32,000 bases of DNA from Candidatus Saccharimonadota bacterium (GCA_000503875.1 CP006913.1:330001-362000), one strand, 5' to 3'. Shown: positions 19,682-29,759, counted from the first letter of the stretch. Translations and numbers: made by a program. Notes: a model not told the origin generated them from the letters alone.

Positions 19682-20491
19682 ATGTACGATTCACATACAC
19701 ATCTCAATAGCGAAGTTATGTATCCAGAGCGACAACATTATATGGATTTTTTTGTTCAAGCGTGAGGAAAATGATTGGTAAATTCTGGAGCCAGTGAATT
19801 TTATAATGAAAAGGGGATCGAAATAGCAAAAGAATCTTTACAAAAATATCCAAATCTTCGAGTTAAAGCTACGCTTTGACGGCATCCTTTGGAATGTGTA
19901 GAAAATATTATTACCCAAGAAAATTATCTTCAGAAAGTACAAGACCTCAAACAGCAATACCTCGCTAACAAAGAACATATTGTAGCCATAGGGGAAATTT
20001 GAATAGATGTTCATTTTCCGAATGGGCAAGAGACTTTGGGGCTTCAGAAAGAACTCTTTGCACTTCAGTGCGACCTTGCCCAAGAACTCAATCTTCCCAT
20101 TGTAGTCCATTCGAGAGATGAATTCAATCAAACAATAGATATTTTACAACATTATAAAAATCAGATTATTTATTTTCATTGTTGGGGATACGGACCAGAA
20201 GAATATCGCAGATTAAACGATATGTTTCCAAATTTATTTGTTGGATTTTGTGGAAATGTGACCTATAAAAATGCACAAGCACTGAGAGATACATTGGCTA
20301 TCGTAGATAGAAATCAACTTGTCCTAGAAACAGATGCGCCCTACCTTGCTCCGCAGGTAGTCAGATGAGAAACTAATCATCCTGCATATGTTGTATATAT
20401 CTATGATTTTGTTTCGCAGCAGCTTCAAATCTCCAGAAATATACTTGATAAACAAATAGAGAAGAATATATTTACATTATATAAAAAATAA
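19682..20491 (+). CDS. tatD: TatD-family metal-dependent hydrolase
   Basis: Motifs read: YDSHTHL, L-[TGA]-[CGG]-HP, GEI-[TGA]-ID, VVHSRD, LETDAPYL, VR-[TGA]-ETNHP. Frame 2. TAA stop at 20489-20491. Confidence 0.85.
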
Positions 20492-20514
20492 TTTTATATA
20501 CTTTCGTCTTATGT

Positions 20515-21045
20515 ATGGAAATTGAAAAAGACGGTAAATATTTTAGGAATAAATATTCTGAAATAAATAATCAATTGGATATGGATATTTGTCATGAAGA
20601 GATTCTTCACACAATTAGACTTTATAATGAGTCAATTTTTGCAATATTAAATGAAGAAGATATTTCACAAGACGTCACTCAAAAGAAAATTATCCACTAT
20701 CAAAACAAAAAAACAGAGGCTATGGTTATTTACAACGAAGCAAGAAGACAAGAAGAAATTTATTGGTATGAACGTAAAATATTTCAGGCTAGTACACTGG
20801 TAGAAATAAATGAATTAAGAGAAAAATTAGAACAACAAAAAATAGATGCACAAGAGGATTGTTTATTTCTTACTGATCAAGAAAAAGAAAATCTTTTTGA
20901 ACAAATGAATGAAAAAGCAGAAACAATAGATCGAAACAAATCATCATCTTGAATGAGAAAGAAAAAAATTTTTTCTAAAAAGATAGACGAAATCATCACA
21001 AAAAACAAACACGAAATTATCTCAAAAAATAGACTTGCCAGCTAA
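20515..21045 (+). CDS. Hypothetical coiled-coil protein, 176 aa
   Basis: Track ORF 20515-20952 continues through one TGA to TAA 21043-21045. Confidence 0.55.
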
Positions 21046-21049
21046 AAAG

Positions 21050-23506
21050 CTATACTCCAACTCTAAAATAAATTTCTTTATCAACTAATTCTCTTTTTGT
21101 TCCCCATTTGAGTGCAGAAATTTGTTTCATAATAGCTACTTTTTCTGGGGTATTAGTTACAGGATCATTATATGGTATTTTACAAGAAATACTAAATGGT
21201 TTTGATGTTGTTCCATTTACACAAAGCTTCATTGCTCATTTAAAAATTTCAGAATTCATAAGATCTGCTTTGGAAAAATCTGGAGCAAATACATTTTCCA
21301 ATACTTCAGCATCATTTGGTCATATTTTAAATGTAAGAAGTGAACCAACGTTACCCAAAATAGTTTTGGAAAGGTCCAATTCTCATCAGAGTCCTTTTTG
21401 TTTTAACTGATCCATATATTGATGTGCCATAGTAAGTCACAATCTATATTTTCTAGATTCAGATAATATACTTTCAAATGATTGAGATACATAATTCTGG
21501 AATTCATCCACATACAAGAAAAATGGTACTCTTTCTTTTGGTTCCATAGAAGCTCTTTTAAGTGTTGCCTGCTTGATTTGCATAGCAATCATTTTTCCAA
21601 TCAATTTACTATTTTCTTCACCAACCAAACCTTTTGCCAATTTACAAAGAATAATTTTCTTTTGTTGCATAGCTTCACCAAAATTAAATGCTGATTTTGG
21701 TTGTCCAATAATATTTCTTACATAGGTACTGGTTGTAAAAGGACCAAATTTTGCTTGGATAAACGGGATAATTTCTGCTTTTTCTCTATCACCCATTTTT
21801 TTATACGTCTTGTTCCACCAAGCAGCAATTACTGGGTTTGTTACATTTCTTATTTTACTTTCTGCATAGGCATCATCAGTAAAGAGTCTCATTATATCTA
21901 CCAAAGTTCATCATTCAGGTTGTTCCATAAGCAAAAAACATGCATTACGGAAGTAATCCTGGATTCTTGGACCAAAGATTTCTTCTCCATACATACTTAC
22001 AAACATTTCAATCAAATCATTTGTTACCACATCTCTTTCATCTTCAGTTTCAGTTCCATCCAAAGGATTGAATGCAAGAGGGTATTCGGTATTGGATAAA
22101 TCAAAATAGATTAGATCATCAATTCTTTCTTTTGGGAATCTATCCATCACAAAATCACATAATTCTCCATGAGGATCAAGAATACAAAATCCATTTCCAG
22201 CTTTCATATCTTCTACTGCTTGAGTTATTAATAAGGTTGATTTACCAGTACCTGTTTGTCCAATAATATAAAGATGTCTAAATCTATCTTCTTGAGTAAA
22301 TCTAATTTCTTTCTTTGTTCAAAGATAGGTATTCCACCCGAGTAATATTCATTTATCTGGCAAATTATCAGGTGCAGATACAATTTTATAATTTTGGAAA
22401 CTAAACCTTGGATTTCTATTAAACTTTGGATGTGGAAAATGGAGTATAGAAGAAAGTTCTTTGATATTTAAAATATGATGTTTTCCAAAAGAAATCATTT
22501 GATTTCGTAAAGAATCTTCACTATCAAATAATCTTTGAGTAAACGACTTAGCAAAAGTTACAATATCTTTTGTATGTTTAAATTTGAATCCATTGAGTCC
22601 TGTATAGGTATATTGGAAAAATGATTTTGCCAAATCATCAATAATTTTTTTGGGTCTATGGGGATCTGGAGAAGTAGCTAACGCCCTAATTTTTACATGG
22701 AAGATTTCATCATTTAATTTTTTATCCAAATCTCCAAGCTGATTCTGAGAGAAACTATAATTTTTTTCTTCTTTATCTTCTTTCTTTTCATCCATTTTGA
22801 AAAACCCAAAGAAGTTACTTAAAAATCATTTTTTAGATTTTTTTGCTTTATCTGTTTGTTCTCTAAGATATTTAAAAAGACTCTCATGAAGCGGTTGTAT
22901 CAATAATTGAAGAGACAATTTTTCATCTACAAATACTTTAGAATAAGCAGATAAAATACTATCCATAGGATCTGCCTCAAATGATTCATAGGTTCTAATA
23001 GGGAAAATATTATCCTTGGTAAGAGTAAATTCTCCTCAATCCATATATTTACCTGTTTCCAAAAGTTTAGGTTGTTCTATAGGCTCCACAACAGCTCCAG
23101 GATAGAAACTTCCAATTGCTTTTTCAAGTGTTTCCAAATAGTCCAAAGGAACAGCTATAATAAATTTAATTACTTCTTTTTCTATAAAAATTTCCATAGC
23201 AACATAATTGTTACCTAGATGTGTGTTTTTCCAGCTATCATCAAAAAGAGCATAAAGATTTTTGTAAATCTGACTCATAACTTCAAGATTTTGTTTCATA
23301 CTTCAAATACTATCTCCAGAATCTCATTCTGATGTTTTAACTATATTTTTTGATATTTTTACTTGAAGAAATCTTAATTTTTTTGTCTGAGATTTTCTAT
23401 GTTGATAAGCTAATTGTACTAAGAAATAATGATAAAGAAAAAATCATCCTATCGAAAGGGCTATAACAAGTATGATAGCAAGTATGATGATATTTTGGAA
23501 ATCCAT
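21050..23506 (-). CDS. TraD/VirD4-like (type IV coupling protein family) P-loop ATPase with an N-terminal TM helix, 818 aa
   Basis: Five track fragments share one frame. I hand-translated the gaps and found 14 TGA and no TAA or TAG. Motifs read: N-terminal MDFQNIIILAIILVIALSIGGFFLY, Walker A GQTGTGKST (22235-22261), ILDPHGEL, Walker B FFLYVDEFQN, and SRKYRLGLTMAHQY. Confidence 0.75.
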
Positions 23507-23593
23507 CAACAAAGAATTAATATAAAACTTGTATCAAGTATAAACAAAATGCAAAAAAAAACAAATTTTTACCCTTATTTTTTAGTAAAAAAG

Positions 23594-25327
23594 CTAATCT
23601 TCATTTTGTTTCTCTTCATCTTTTCTGTTTTTGAGATATCCTGTCAAATATATCATAATTTCTCTTTTGGTGTTTCTTGTTTTTATATCATTTAATACCC
23701 AATCAAAAGCTTGTTTCAAAAGAATTCAAATTAATTTTGATGGTTGAATATGGAATTGTTTCATAAGCATATCTCCATCCACAGCAAGTTCTTTGATAGT
23801 AAATTGACCTTCTTCATCATTTATTTGCTTAAGTAATTTTCTCAAAACATTCACTTCTTGAAGATCATTATTATTTTGGAGAGGATTGTATTGACCGCGT
23901 CTATCAGCAATAGTAATATCCAAAATATTTTCAACTTGATGATAGCCAGCTTCTGACAAAAATTTTCTAAGTTTTTTCTTGCACTGATCATCGCTTTCTC
24001 CATCAAGAATTTCTTCTGGTTTATGATGATTGGCAACGTATCGAGCAATTTGATCAATTTCTTTGCTAGAAAATCCAAGAGAAATAAAGTCTTTTTTAAC
24101 CAATTCTGGTCATCATTTTCTATGATTCAATGGTCAAGAAAGAATACCTCTAATTTCTTCTTTACTTAAATTATCTTTGTAAGCTGAAAATTGAGCAACT
24201 TTCCCTACATCATGATAGAGCATTGCCAATCTTACCAGATAATTATTATTTATTTTTTGAAGTTCATAAAGGGTAAGAAGTGTGTGGGTATATACGTCAA
24301 AAGGGTGAAATCTTACCGGTTGATGAATGTATTTTGTTGCATAAACAGCAGGAAAGATAATTTGTAATAAATGAGATTCATCAAGTAAAGCAACAAATCC
24401 AAAAGGATCTCCTTTACTAAATATTTTGATAATTTCATCTTTAATTCTTTCTTTGGCAACATGTTCGAGCAAATGATGATTGGTTTTTAATGCATTTCGT
24501 GTTGCTTTGTCAAAGTCAAACAATGTTGTATCTGATTTTTTTTGTTTAAGTTGATGATTGAGAACATTTACAAATCTGAGTCCTCTTAATAATCTAAGTG
24601 CATCTTCTTGGAATCTATGATCAGGGTCACCGACAGCACGAAGTTTCTTTTCGAAAAGATCTTGGATTCCCTTATTGGGATCTATAATAAAATACATAAA
24701 TTCTGATTCATTTCCCAATTTATATTTTTCAATAACAGAAGCTAATTTTTCTTTGTGATATATACCATCTTCAAAGAGGGTAGTGATAATATTAGTATCT
24801 TGAATTATTAATAAATTATGACTAGAGATACCAATTATTCAATTGTTCTTGAGTCATTTTAGTAATTCTTTTTCTTCAATTGCTCAGGAATTTTTGTCCT
24901 CCGATTTTTTATGGGTACTATCAGCAAAAAAATAGAGTGAATTGATGGTGAAATCTCTCCTTTTTGCATCAAGAAGAATATCATTACTTCGATGTATTTC
25001 TTCAGGATGACGAAAATCTTCGTAGCCTCATTCGGTACGAAGAGGGGTTATTTCATATTGAATATTGGTTTTACCTTTTTTGATAAAGGTAATAGTCCCA
25101 AATTTTTCTGTCATAAAATGAGAAAGTCCTATTTTGTTGCTATGATTATAGATATGTATTGGATCTCAACCAAGAGTAACATCAATATCGTTAGGACGTT
25201 GTTCTATTGTTAATAATAGATTTCTTACACATCAACCAACAAGAAAAACAGCAGTTTTGCTCTTAAGTCTTTTTTGGATAAAAGCATGCTGCTTAGCCAA
25301 ATATAATATATTGGGAAAAGAAAACAT
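23594..25327 (-). CDS. cca: CCA-adding enzyme / tRNA nucleotidyltransferase with an HD domain, 577 aa
   Basis: Motifs read: LVG-[TGA]-CVRNLLL, DIDV, RRDFTINSLY, HD region YHDVGK. The track ORF ends at TGA 23726-23728, but the reading frame continues for 44 more codons (GILLKQAFDWVLND...) to TAG 23594-23596. Confidence 0.85.
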
Positions 25328-25395
25328 AAATACGTACAAAAATATAAACGCATCAAGTATAGCAAAACAAAGCTCCTTTTCAAGAAAAGAAAAAG

Positions 25396-25671
25396 CTATG
25401 CATTATTTTGCATAGCTTCTTTAGGAAATCCGACGAAGCAAATATAATTTGCTTCTTTAGAGCCAAAGAAAATCTTTAATTTTTCAAAGTCTTCTTCTGC
25501 AATACCTCGAGGTATGCCCATATAATTTTCAAATTCCTCGAAAGGAATTGGGCATGTTTTTGAAGAGAGGTTTTCTAAAGATAGATTAATATCTTTACAA
25601 TCTTTTTCATCGAAACTATGCGAAGAAATGAAAATTTGTTTTCTTAAGTCCGTTTTGTGAGGCCAATTCAT
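25396..25671 (-). CDS. Hypothetical 91-aa protein (TGA-free cassette)
   Basis: Intact ATG..TAG ORF with its own promoter and AAAACTAAAAACTAAAAAG leader. No recognisable motif. Confidence 0.5.
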   Translation of the reverse strand: MNWPHKTDLRKQIFISSHSFDEKDCKDINLSLENLSSKTCPIPFEEFENYMGIPRGIAEEDFEKLKIFFGSKEANYICFVGFPKEAMQNNA

Positions 25672-25702
25672 CTTTTTAGTTTTTAGTTTTTTTTGCCCGG
25701 TG

Positions 25703-25730
25703 GGTATAATCTTTTTACGATAAATGTCAA
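25703..25730 (-). promoter_or_regulatory. Sigma70-type promoter (TTGACA-16-TATACC) of the 91-aa cassette
   Basis: Plus-strand tgtcaa at 25725-25730 and ggtata at 25703-25708. Leader motif at 25673-25694. Confidence 0.5.
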
Positions 25731-25811
25731 CCTAAAAAAAGCAAAAAAATATAATCTAGTTTTATCTTGAAATCCCAATCTATTTACCTATAGTAATATC
25801 CGCATAAAAAC

Positions 25812-25885
25812 GGGTGAGTAGCTCAATTGGTTAGAGCAGGTCCCTCTTAAGGACAAGGTTCAGGGTTCGATTCCCTGCTCGCCTA
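25812..25885 (+). tRNA. tRNA-Lys(CTT)
   Basis: Acceptor gggtgag/ctcgcct, D-arm agctcaattggttagagc, anticodon loop ctcttaa, T-loop ggttcgattcc. Confidence 0.85.
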
Positions 25886-25901
25886 AATGTAAAACAAAAA
25901 C

Positions 25902-25927
25902 CTGGAACGAATTCCAGATTTTTTTTA
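25902..25927. terminator. Hairpin with flanking A and T runs, probably a bidirectional terminator for tRNA-Lys and the LpxH-like gene
   Basis: Stem ctggaa/ttccag (25902-25907 / 25912-25917) followed by tttttttt. Confidence 0.6.
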
Positions 25928-26644
25928 TTATTTGTAATGAATTAATTCTAACTCTCCTTTTTCATTTTCTACCACCGCAGTACAAGAGGCAATCCAATCT
26001 CCGGTATTAAAATATTCCATTGTATGATTTTTGACATGATCAGGCATATGATAATGTCATATAATAATTCCATCACATTCTTTTTCTTTTGCCAATGCAA
26101 AAGCTCTTCTATGAAGAGTTTTTTTCGGGAAAAAATGCCTTTTAAATCGCATTTTAGATCTTTCAGAAAAAGGGACATAATGTTCTTTTGCAATATCTTT
26201 GTTAAATCTTTTTTCCAAAAGATATAATAGACTATAAAAGAAGTTAGTTATTCTACCAACCGTATCATTTACAAAATCAAATTTATCTCCATGACAAAGA
26301 TAATATTTTTTATTAGTAGCTGTCGTATATACCAAATCTTTTACAATGCTAATATTATGAACATGAACATTGTGAAGATGTTTCATAAATCCATCATGAT
26401 TTCCTTTGATATATGTTACATGGACTCAGCTTTCTATTAATTTAATAATATAATTTACAAATCTGGTTTCTTTTTCTGTTCGGGCTCAAAAAGTATTTAA
26501 TTGCCAAAAATCGATAGCATCACCATTGAATATAATTCTTTCCATTGTACAATTTTCCAGAAACTGGAGAAGTTTATTTGAAAGGTTATTTGGTTTACCT
26601 AAGTGAATATCTGATAAAATAACTGTTTTATAACGTTTTTTCAT
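25928..26644 (-). CDS. Calcineurin-like metallophosphoesterase (LpxH/UDP-2,3-diacylglucosamine hydrolase-like), 238 aa
   Basis: Motifs read: ILSDIHLG, NGDAIDFW, KGNHD, CHGD, G-[TGA]-HYH, NTGDW. There are 3 in-frame TGA and no TAA or TAG. TAA stop at 25928-25930. Confidence 0.75.
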
Positions 26645-26729
26645 AAAGAAATAAGAGAAGATAAATTACCTATAATAATATATGAAAAGATAGAAAAAAG
26701 CAAATAATAGTGATTTTTTAAAAACCAGC

Positions 26730-26815
26730 TTGAATATCTTTTATAAAAATGTAAAGTGCTTATGTCAAAATAAAAAAGAAAGAGAATTGACAAAAATAAA
26801 TATAAACCTTAAAAA
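26730..26815 (+). promoter_or_regulatory. Promoter region of the PhoH2 cassette with two candidates: TTGAAT-16-TAAAGT at 26730-26757, or TTGACA-17-TAAAAA at 26787-26815
   Basis: Hexamers read directly from the sequence. I cannot tell which one is used. Confidence 0.35.
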
Positions 26816-26822
26816 AAATCCT

Positions 26823-28181
26823 ATGAATGAAAAAAAGATTTTTGTGTTGGATACCAATGTTATCCTTCATGATAAAAAGTGTATTTTCAATTTCAAAGAG
26901 CATGATATTGTAATTCCAACCATTGTCCTTGAAGAATTAGATAAGTTCAAAAAAGGAAATGAAGAACTGAATCATCATGCGAGAGAATTTAGTCGTATTA
27001 TGGATAAATTTCGTAAGAAAAAAGAAGTAAAACCAGGTGAAGAAAACAAATTAATTGCTGCTTTACCAAATGGTGGCGTTTCTTTAGGCCCTGATAAAGG
27101 ATTGATCCAAGTAAAAAGCACTGGAATTATTCCAGAAGAGGTGAAGTCCATTTATTTTGAAGACACTCCTGATAACAGAATTCTAGGATTAGTATTAAAA
27201 CTATCACAGGATGAGACGGTAAAAAGACAAGTCATTCTAATAACTAAAGATATAAATCTGCGAATAAAAGCAGATGTTATAGGCTTAGAGGCTGAAGATT
27301 ATAAAAATGACAAGGTTTCGTTTGAAGGATATCTGGGTAGAGCAACAGTGAAATATCCAGCAAAGAAAATTACGGATATCTTCAAAACCAATCAACAAGA
27401 TGTTGACCCTAGTCTGATTAAATTTTATCCAGATGGAATTCCAGAAAATATGTATTTTATCTTGGACGGAAAGAGTAACTCTGCTTTAGCAAGATATTCT
27501 GAAAAAAAATTGATCTGTGTTGAAAAACAAAACGTTTTTGGGATCAAACCAAGAAATTCAGAACAAACATTTTCTGTTGATGCATTACGTCTTGAACAGG
27601 TTAAATTGGTCTGTTTGTCAGGCAAAGCAGGAACGGGAAAAACATTGCTTGCGATCGCTGCCGGATTGGATTGTCTCAAAAATCAAATGTGTGATCAGAT
27701 TATTATAGCTGCAGCAACGGTTCCACTGGGTAATAAAGAGATTGGATTTTTGCCTGGAGATGCTCAGGAAAAAGTATCTCCGTATATGCAAGGGCTATTC
27801 GATAACCTGGCATTTATTAAGAGACAAATGAGTCTTAAAGACAGAGAATGGGTCGAAAGTGCACAAAAAGATGGAAGAATTTTAATACAACCTTTGGCTT
27901 CTATTCGGGGTCGTAGTTTAAATGACACCTTCTTTATTATTGATGAGTCTCAAAATCTCAACCCTCACGAAGCGAAAACCATTGTAACTCGTGCGGGTCA
28001 AAACACAAAAGTTGTGTTTTGCGGTGATGTGACGCAAATTGATTCACCCTATTTAGATGCATATTCAAACGGATTGTCTCATGTTGTTGCAAAAATGACA
28101 GGGCAGCCAATGTTTGCACATATCGCATTGGAAAAAGGGGAACGAAGTCCGCTCGCTGAATTAGCAGCAACGCTTCTCTAA
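26823..28181 (+). CDS. phoH2: PhoH2-type protein: N-terminal PIN domain fused to a PhoH-like P-loop ATPase, 452 aa
   Basis: I start it at ATG 26823 (MNEKKIFVLDTNVILHD), not at the track TTG at 26730. Motifs read: PIN IPTIVLEELD, Walker A SGKAGTGKT, SIRGRSL, Walker B FFIIDESQN, GERSPLAELAA. No TGA. TAA stop. Confidence 0.85.
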   Translation: MNEKKIFVLDTNVILHDKKCIFNFKEHDIVIPTIVLEELDKFKKGNEELNHHAREFSRIMDKFRKKKEVKPGEENKLIAALPNGGVSLGPDKGLIQVKSTGIIPEEVKSIYFEDTPDNRILGLVLKLSQDETVKRQVILITKDINLRIKADVIGLEAEDYKNDKVSFEGYLGRATVKYPAKKITDIFKTNQQDVDPSLIKFYPDGIPENMYFILDGKSNSALARYSEKKLICVEKQNVFGIKPRNSEQTFSVDALRLEQVKLVCLSGKAGTGKTLLAIAAGLDCLKNQMCDQIIIAAATVPLGNKEIGFLPGDAQEKVSPYMQGLFDNLAFIKRQMSLKDREWVESAQKDGRILIQPLASIRGRSLNDTFFIIDESQNLNPHEAKTIVTRAGQNTKVVFCGDVTQIDSPYLDAYSNGLSHVVAKMTGQPMFAHIALEKGERSPLAELAATLL

Positions 28182-28198
28182 TCAGTAAGTATATATAG

Positions 28199-28226
28199 GA
28201 AAGGCTAGTTTATCTAGCCTTTTTTA
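28199..28226 (+). terminator. Intrinsic terminator of phoH2
   Basis: Stem aaggctag/ctagcctt (28201-28208 / 28214-28221) followed by a T-run. Confidence 0.8.
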
Positions 28227-28266
28227 TTTAAAGTAAAAAAATAGGTACATTTTTGTAAAAACCATA

Positions 28267-28294
28267 TTGAAAAAAAATATTTAAAGTATATAAT
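28267..28294 (+). promoter_or_regulatory. Sigma70-type promoter (TTGAAA-16-TATAAT) of the 279-aa orphan gene
   Basis: ttgaaa at 28267-28272 and tataat at 28289-28294, followed by an ~88-nt A-rich leader. Confidence 0.6.
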
Positions 28295-28382
28295 GCAATT
28301 ACCCTAAACAAAAACTAAAAGAAAGGAGGATTTTTTTGAATTGCCCTAATAACAAAAAAAACTAAAAAACTAAAAAAAATTT

Positions 28383-29222
28383 ATGGATAAAAATCTAGAA
28401 GATCCGGGATATATCTCGTTAACTGAAGGAATGCGTTTGGCTGGTTACGTGCCTGAGCATAATCCTATTGACTATCAAGAGGTTTGGGAATTTTTCGAAC
28501 GAATAAGTAAAATAAACTTAGAAGTAAGAGACCCAAAACTTCAAAAATTATTTACAATTATTGATCAACAAAAGGAACAAGAACAATCTTTCGATGAACA
28601 AGAATACCTTAAAATATTGCTTTCTGTGGTTATGGATTTAGATTTAGAAAACCATGAAACAATAATTAAAGAAATAGCAGTGTTTCACGAAAGAGATGTA
28701 GATGAAGATGAGAAAGATATGTTTGTAAATATGCTGATAAGTAGTGTTGAAGCGAAAAAAGAACATTATCTTTCTAAACTTAACGTTGTTCCAGTTACAG
28801 AAGCATCAAAACCTTCTGTTGAAGAAACAGAAGTTGTTAAGCCAATCAAAAGAAAAAGATTAAAAATTGTTCAAGAACAGGTATTTATATTACATAATAA
28901 AAAAGAGACACCCACTCCTGTTACAAAAAACAATCGTAATAGGAAAAGTTCTGTTTCTTCAAGACAAAAAGTTATCTCTGTTTTGGAGAAAAGTCAAAGT
29001 TTCTTAATATATCAGGAAGCATTCCCTTTACCAAAGGGGATAAAACGTATTCGTATCAAAGAAAATTTTGATAAAATACTTCAATTTATTGAGGAATATA
29101 TAACAAAGAAAAATCTTCCCGTACGAATAATTGTTGAAAAGGACAGAGCAAAAGTTCTTTTCAAAGATATTAAAAAGACTAGAATGCGGCACAAAACTCA
29201 AATTCGAGTGAAAGCTGCATAA
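28383..29222 (+). CDS. Hypothetical 279-aa protein with an acidic N-terminal half and a strongly basic C-terminal half (TGA-free cassette)
   Basis: Intact ATG..TAA ORF with its own promoter and terminator. I recognise no family. Confidence 0.6.
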   Translation: MDKNLEDPGYISLTEGMRLAGYVPEHNPIDYQEVWEFFERISKINLEVRDPKLQKLFTIIDQQKEQEQSFDEQEYLKILLSVVMDLDLENHETIIKEIAVFHERDVDEDEKDMFVNMLISSVEAKKEHYLSKLNVVPVTEASKPSVEETEVVKPIKRKRLKIVQEQVFILHNKKETPTPVTKNNRNRKSSVSSRQKVISVLEKSQSFLIYQEAFPLPKGIKRIRIKENFDKILQFIEEYITKKNLPVRIIVEKDRAKVLFKDIKKTRMRHKTQIRVKAA

Positions 29223-29228
29223 AAGACA

Positions 29229-29260
29229 AAAACAGGTAGTGATTCCACTACCTGTTTTTA
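29229..29260 (+). terminator. Intrinsic terminator
   Basis: 11-bp stem aacaggtagtg/cactacctgtt (29231-29241 / 29246-29256), loop attc, then a T-run. Confidence 0.85.
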
Positions 29261-29262
29261 GA

Positions 29263-29290
29263 TTGTAAAATACATGCAAATCATTATACT
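29263..29290 (+). promoter_or_regulatory. Sigma70-type promoter (TTGTAA-16-TATACT) of the 138-aa orphan gene
   Basis: ttgtaa at 29263-29268 and tatact at 29285-29290. The leader contains aaactaaaa at 29305-29313. Confidence 0.55.
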
Positions 29291-29330
29291 CAAAAAACAA
29301 AAATAAACTAAAATCAAAAAAAACCTAAAA

Positions 29331-29747
29331 ATGGGAGAAAACGAAATTAAACAGAAAATGGAAAGCAACACTTCCTTTCTGAATGAAACAAAAGCTCTTG
29401 CAATTAGTACCGAAGATGCAAAAGAGATTCATGAGTTAATGAATCTCGAAGACCTTATTCATGGTATTAATATCCGAAGAGATTTAAAAAACAAAACAAG
29501 GTTTGGTACGTTGTCACCTTCGTTAATCAAAAACTCTTTTTTAACTGAAGATGATTTTATGTATCTATTTGAAGTATTACAAGGTAGATACGAAATGTCT
29601 TCATGTGCATACAAAGACTATGTTAAGGCACAAATAAATGAACTTTGTGTCGAAGCTATCAAGAGAGAATTTATTAGCGTAAGGGCAATGGTATTTGCCA
29701 AACACCCCGCTATTAGAAATTTAAAGGCGGTTAGGGAATTAATGTAA
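29331..29747 (+). CDS. Hypothetical 138-aa protein (TGA-free cassette)
   Basis: Intact ATG..TAA ORF. I recognise no family. Confidence 0.55.
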   Translation: MGENEIKQKMESNTSFLNETKALAISTEDAKEIHELMNLEDLIHGINIRRDLKNKTRFGTLSPSLIKNSFLTEDDFMYLFEVLQGRYEMSSCAYKDYVKAQINELCVEAIKREFISVRAMVFAKHPAIRNLKAVRELM

Positions 29748-29759
29748 ACATTTTCTAAA

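Noticed and set aside
26730-26822. The TTG start at 26730 that the track gives for the PhoH2 ORF
   Set aside because: The extra 31 residues (NIFYKNVKCLCQNKK...) overlap the promoter-like hexamers. The PIN domain begins right after the ATG at 26823 (MNEKKIFVLDTNV), which is preceded by the A-rich leader.
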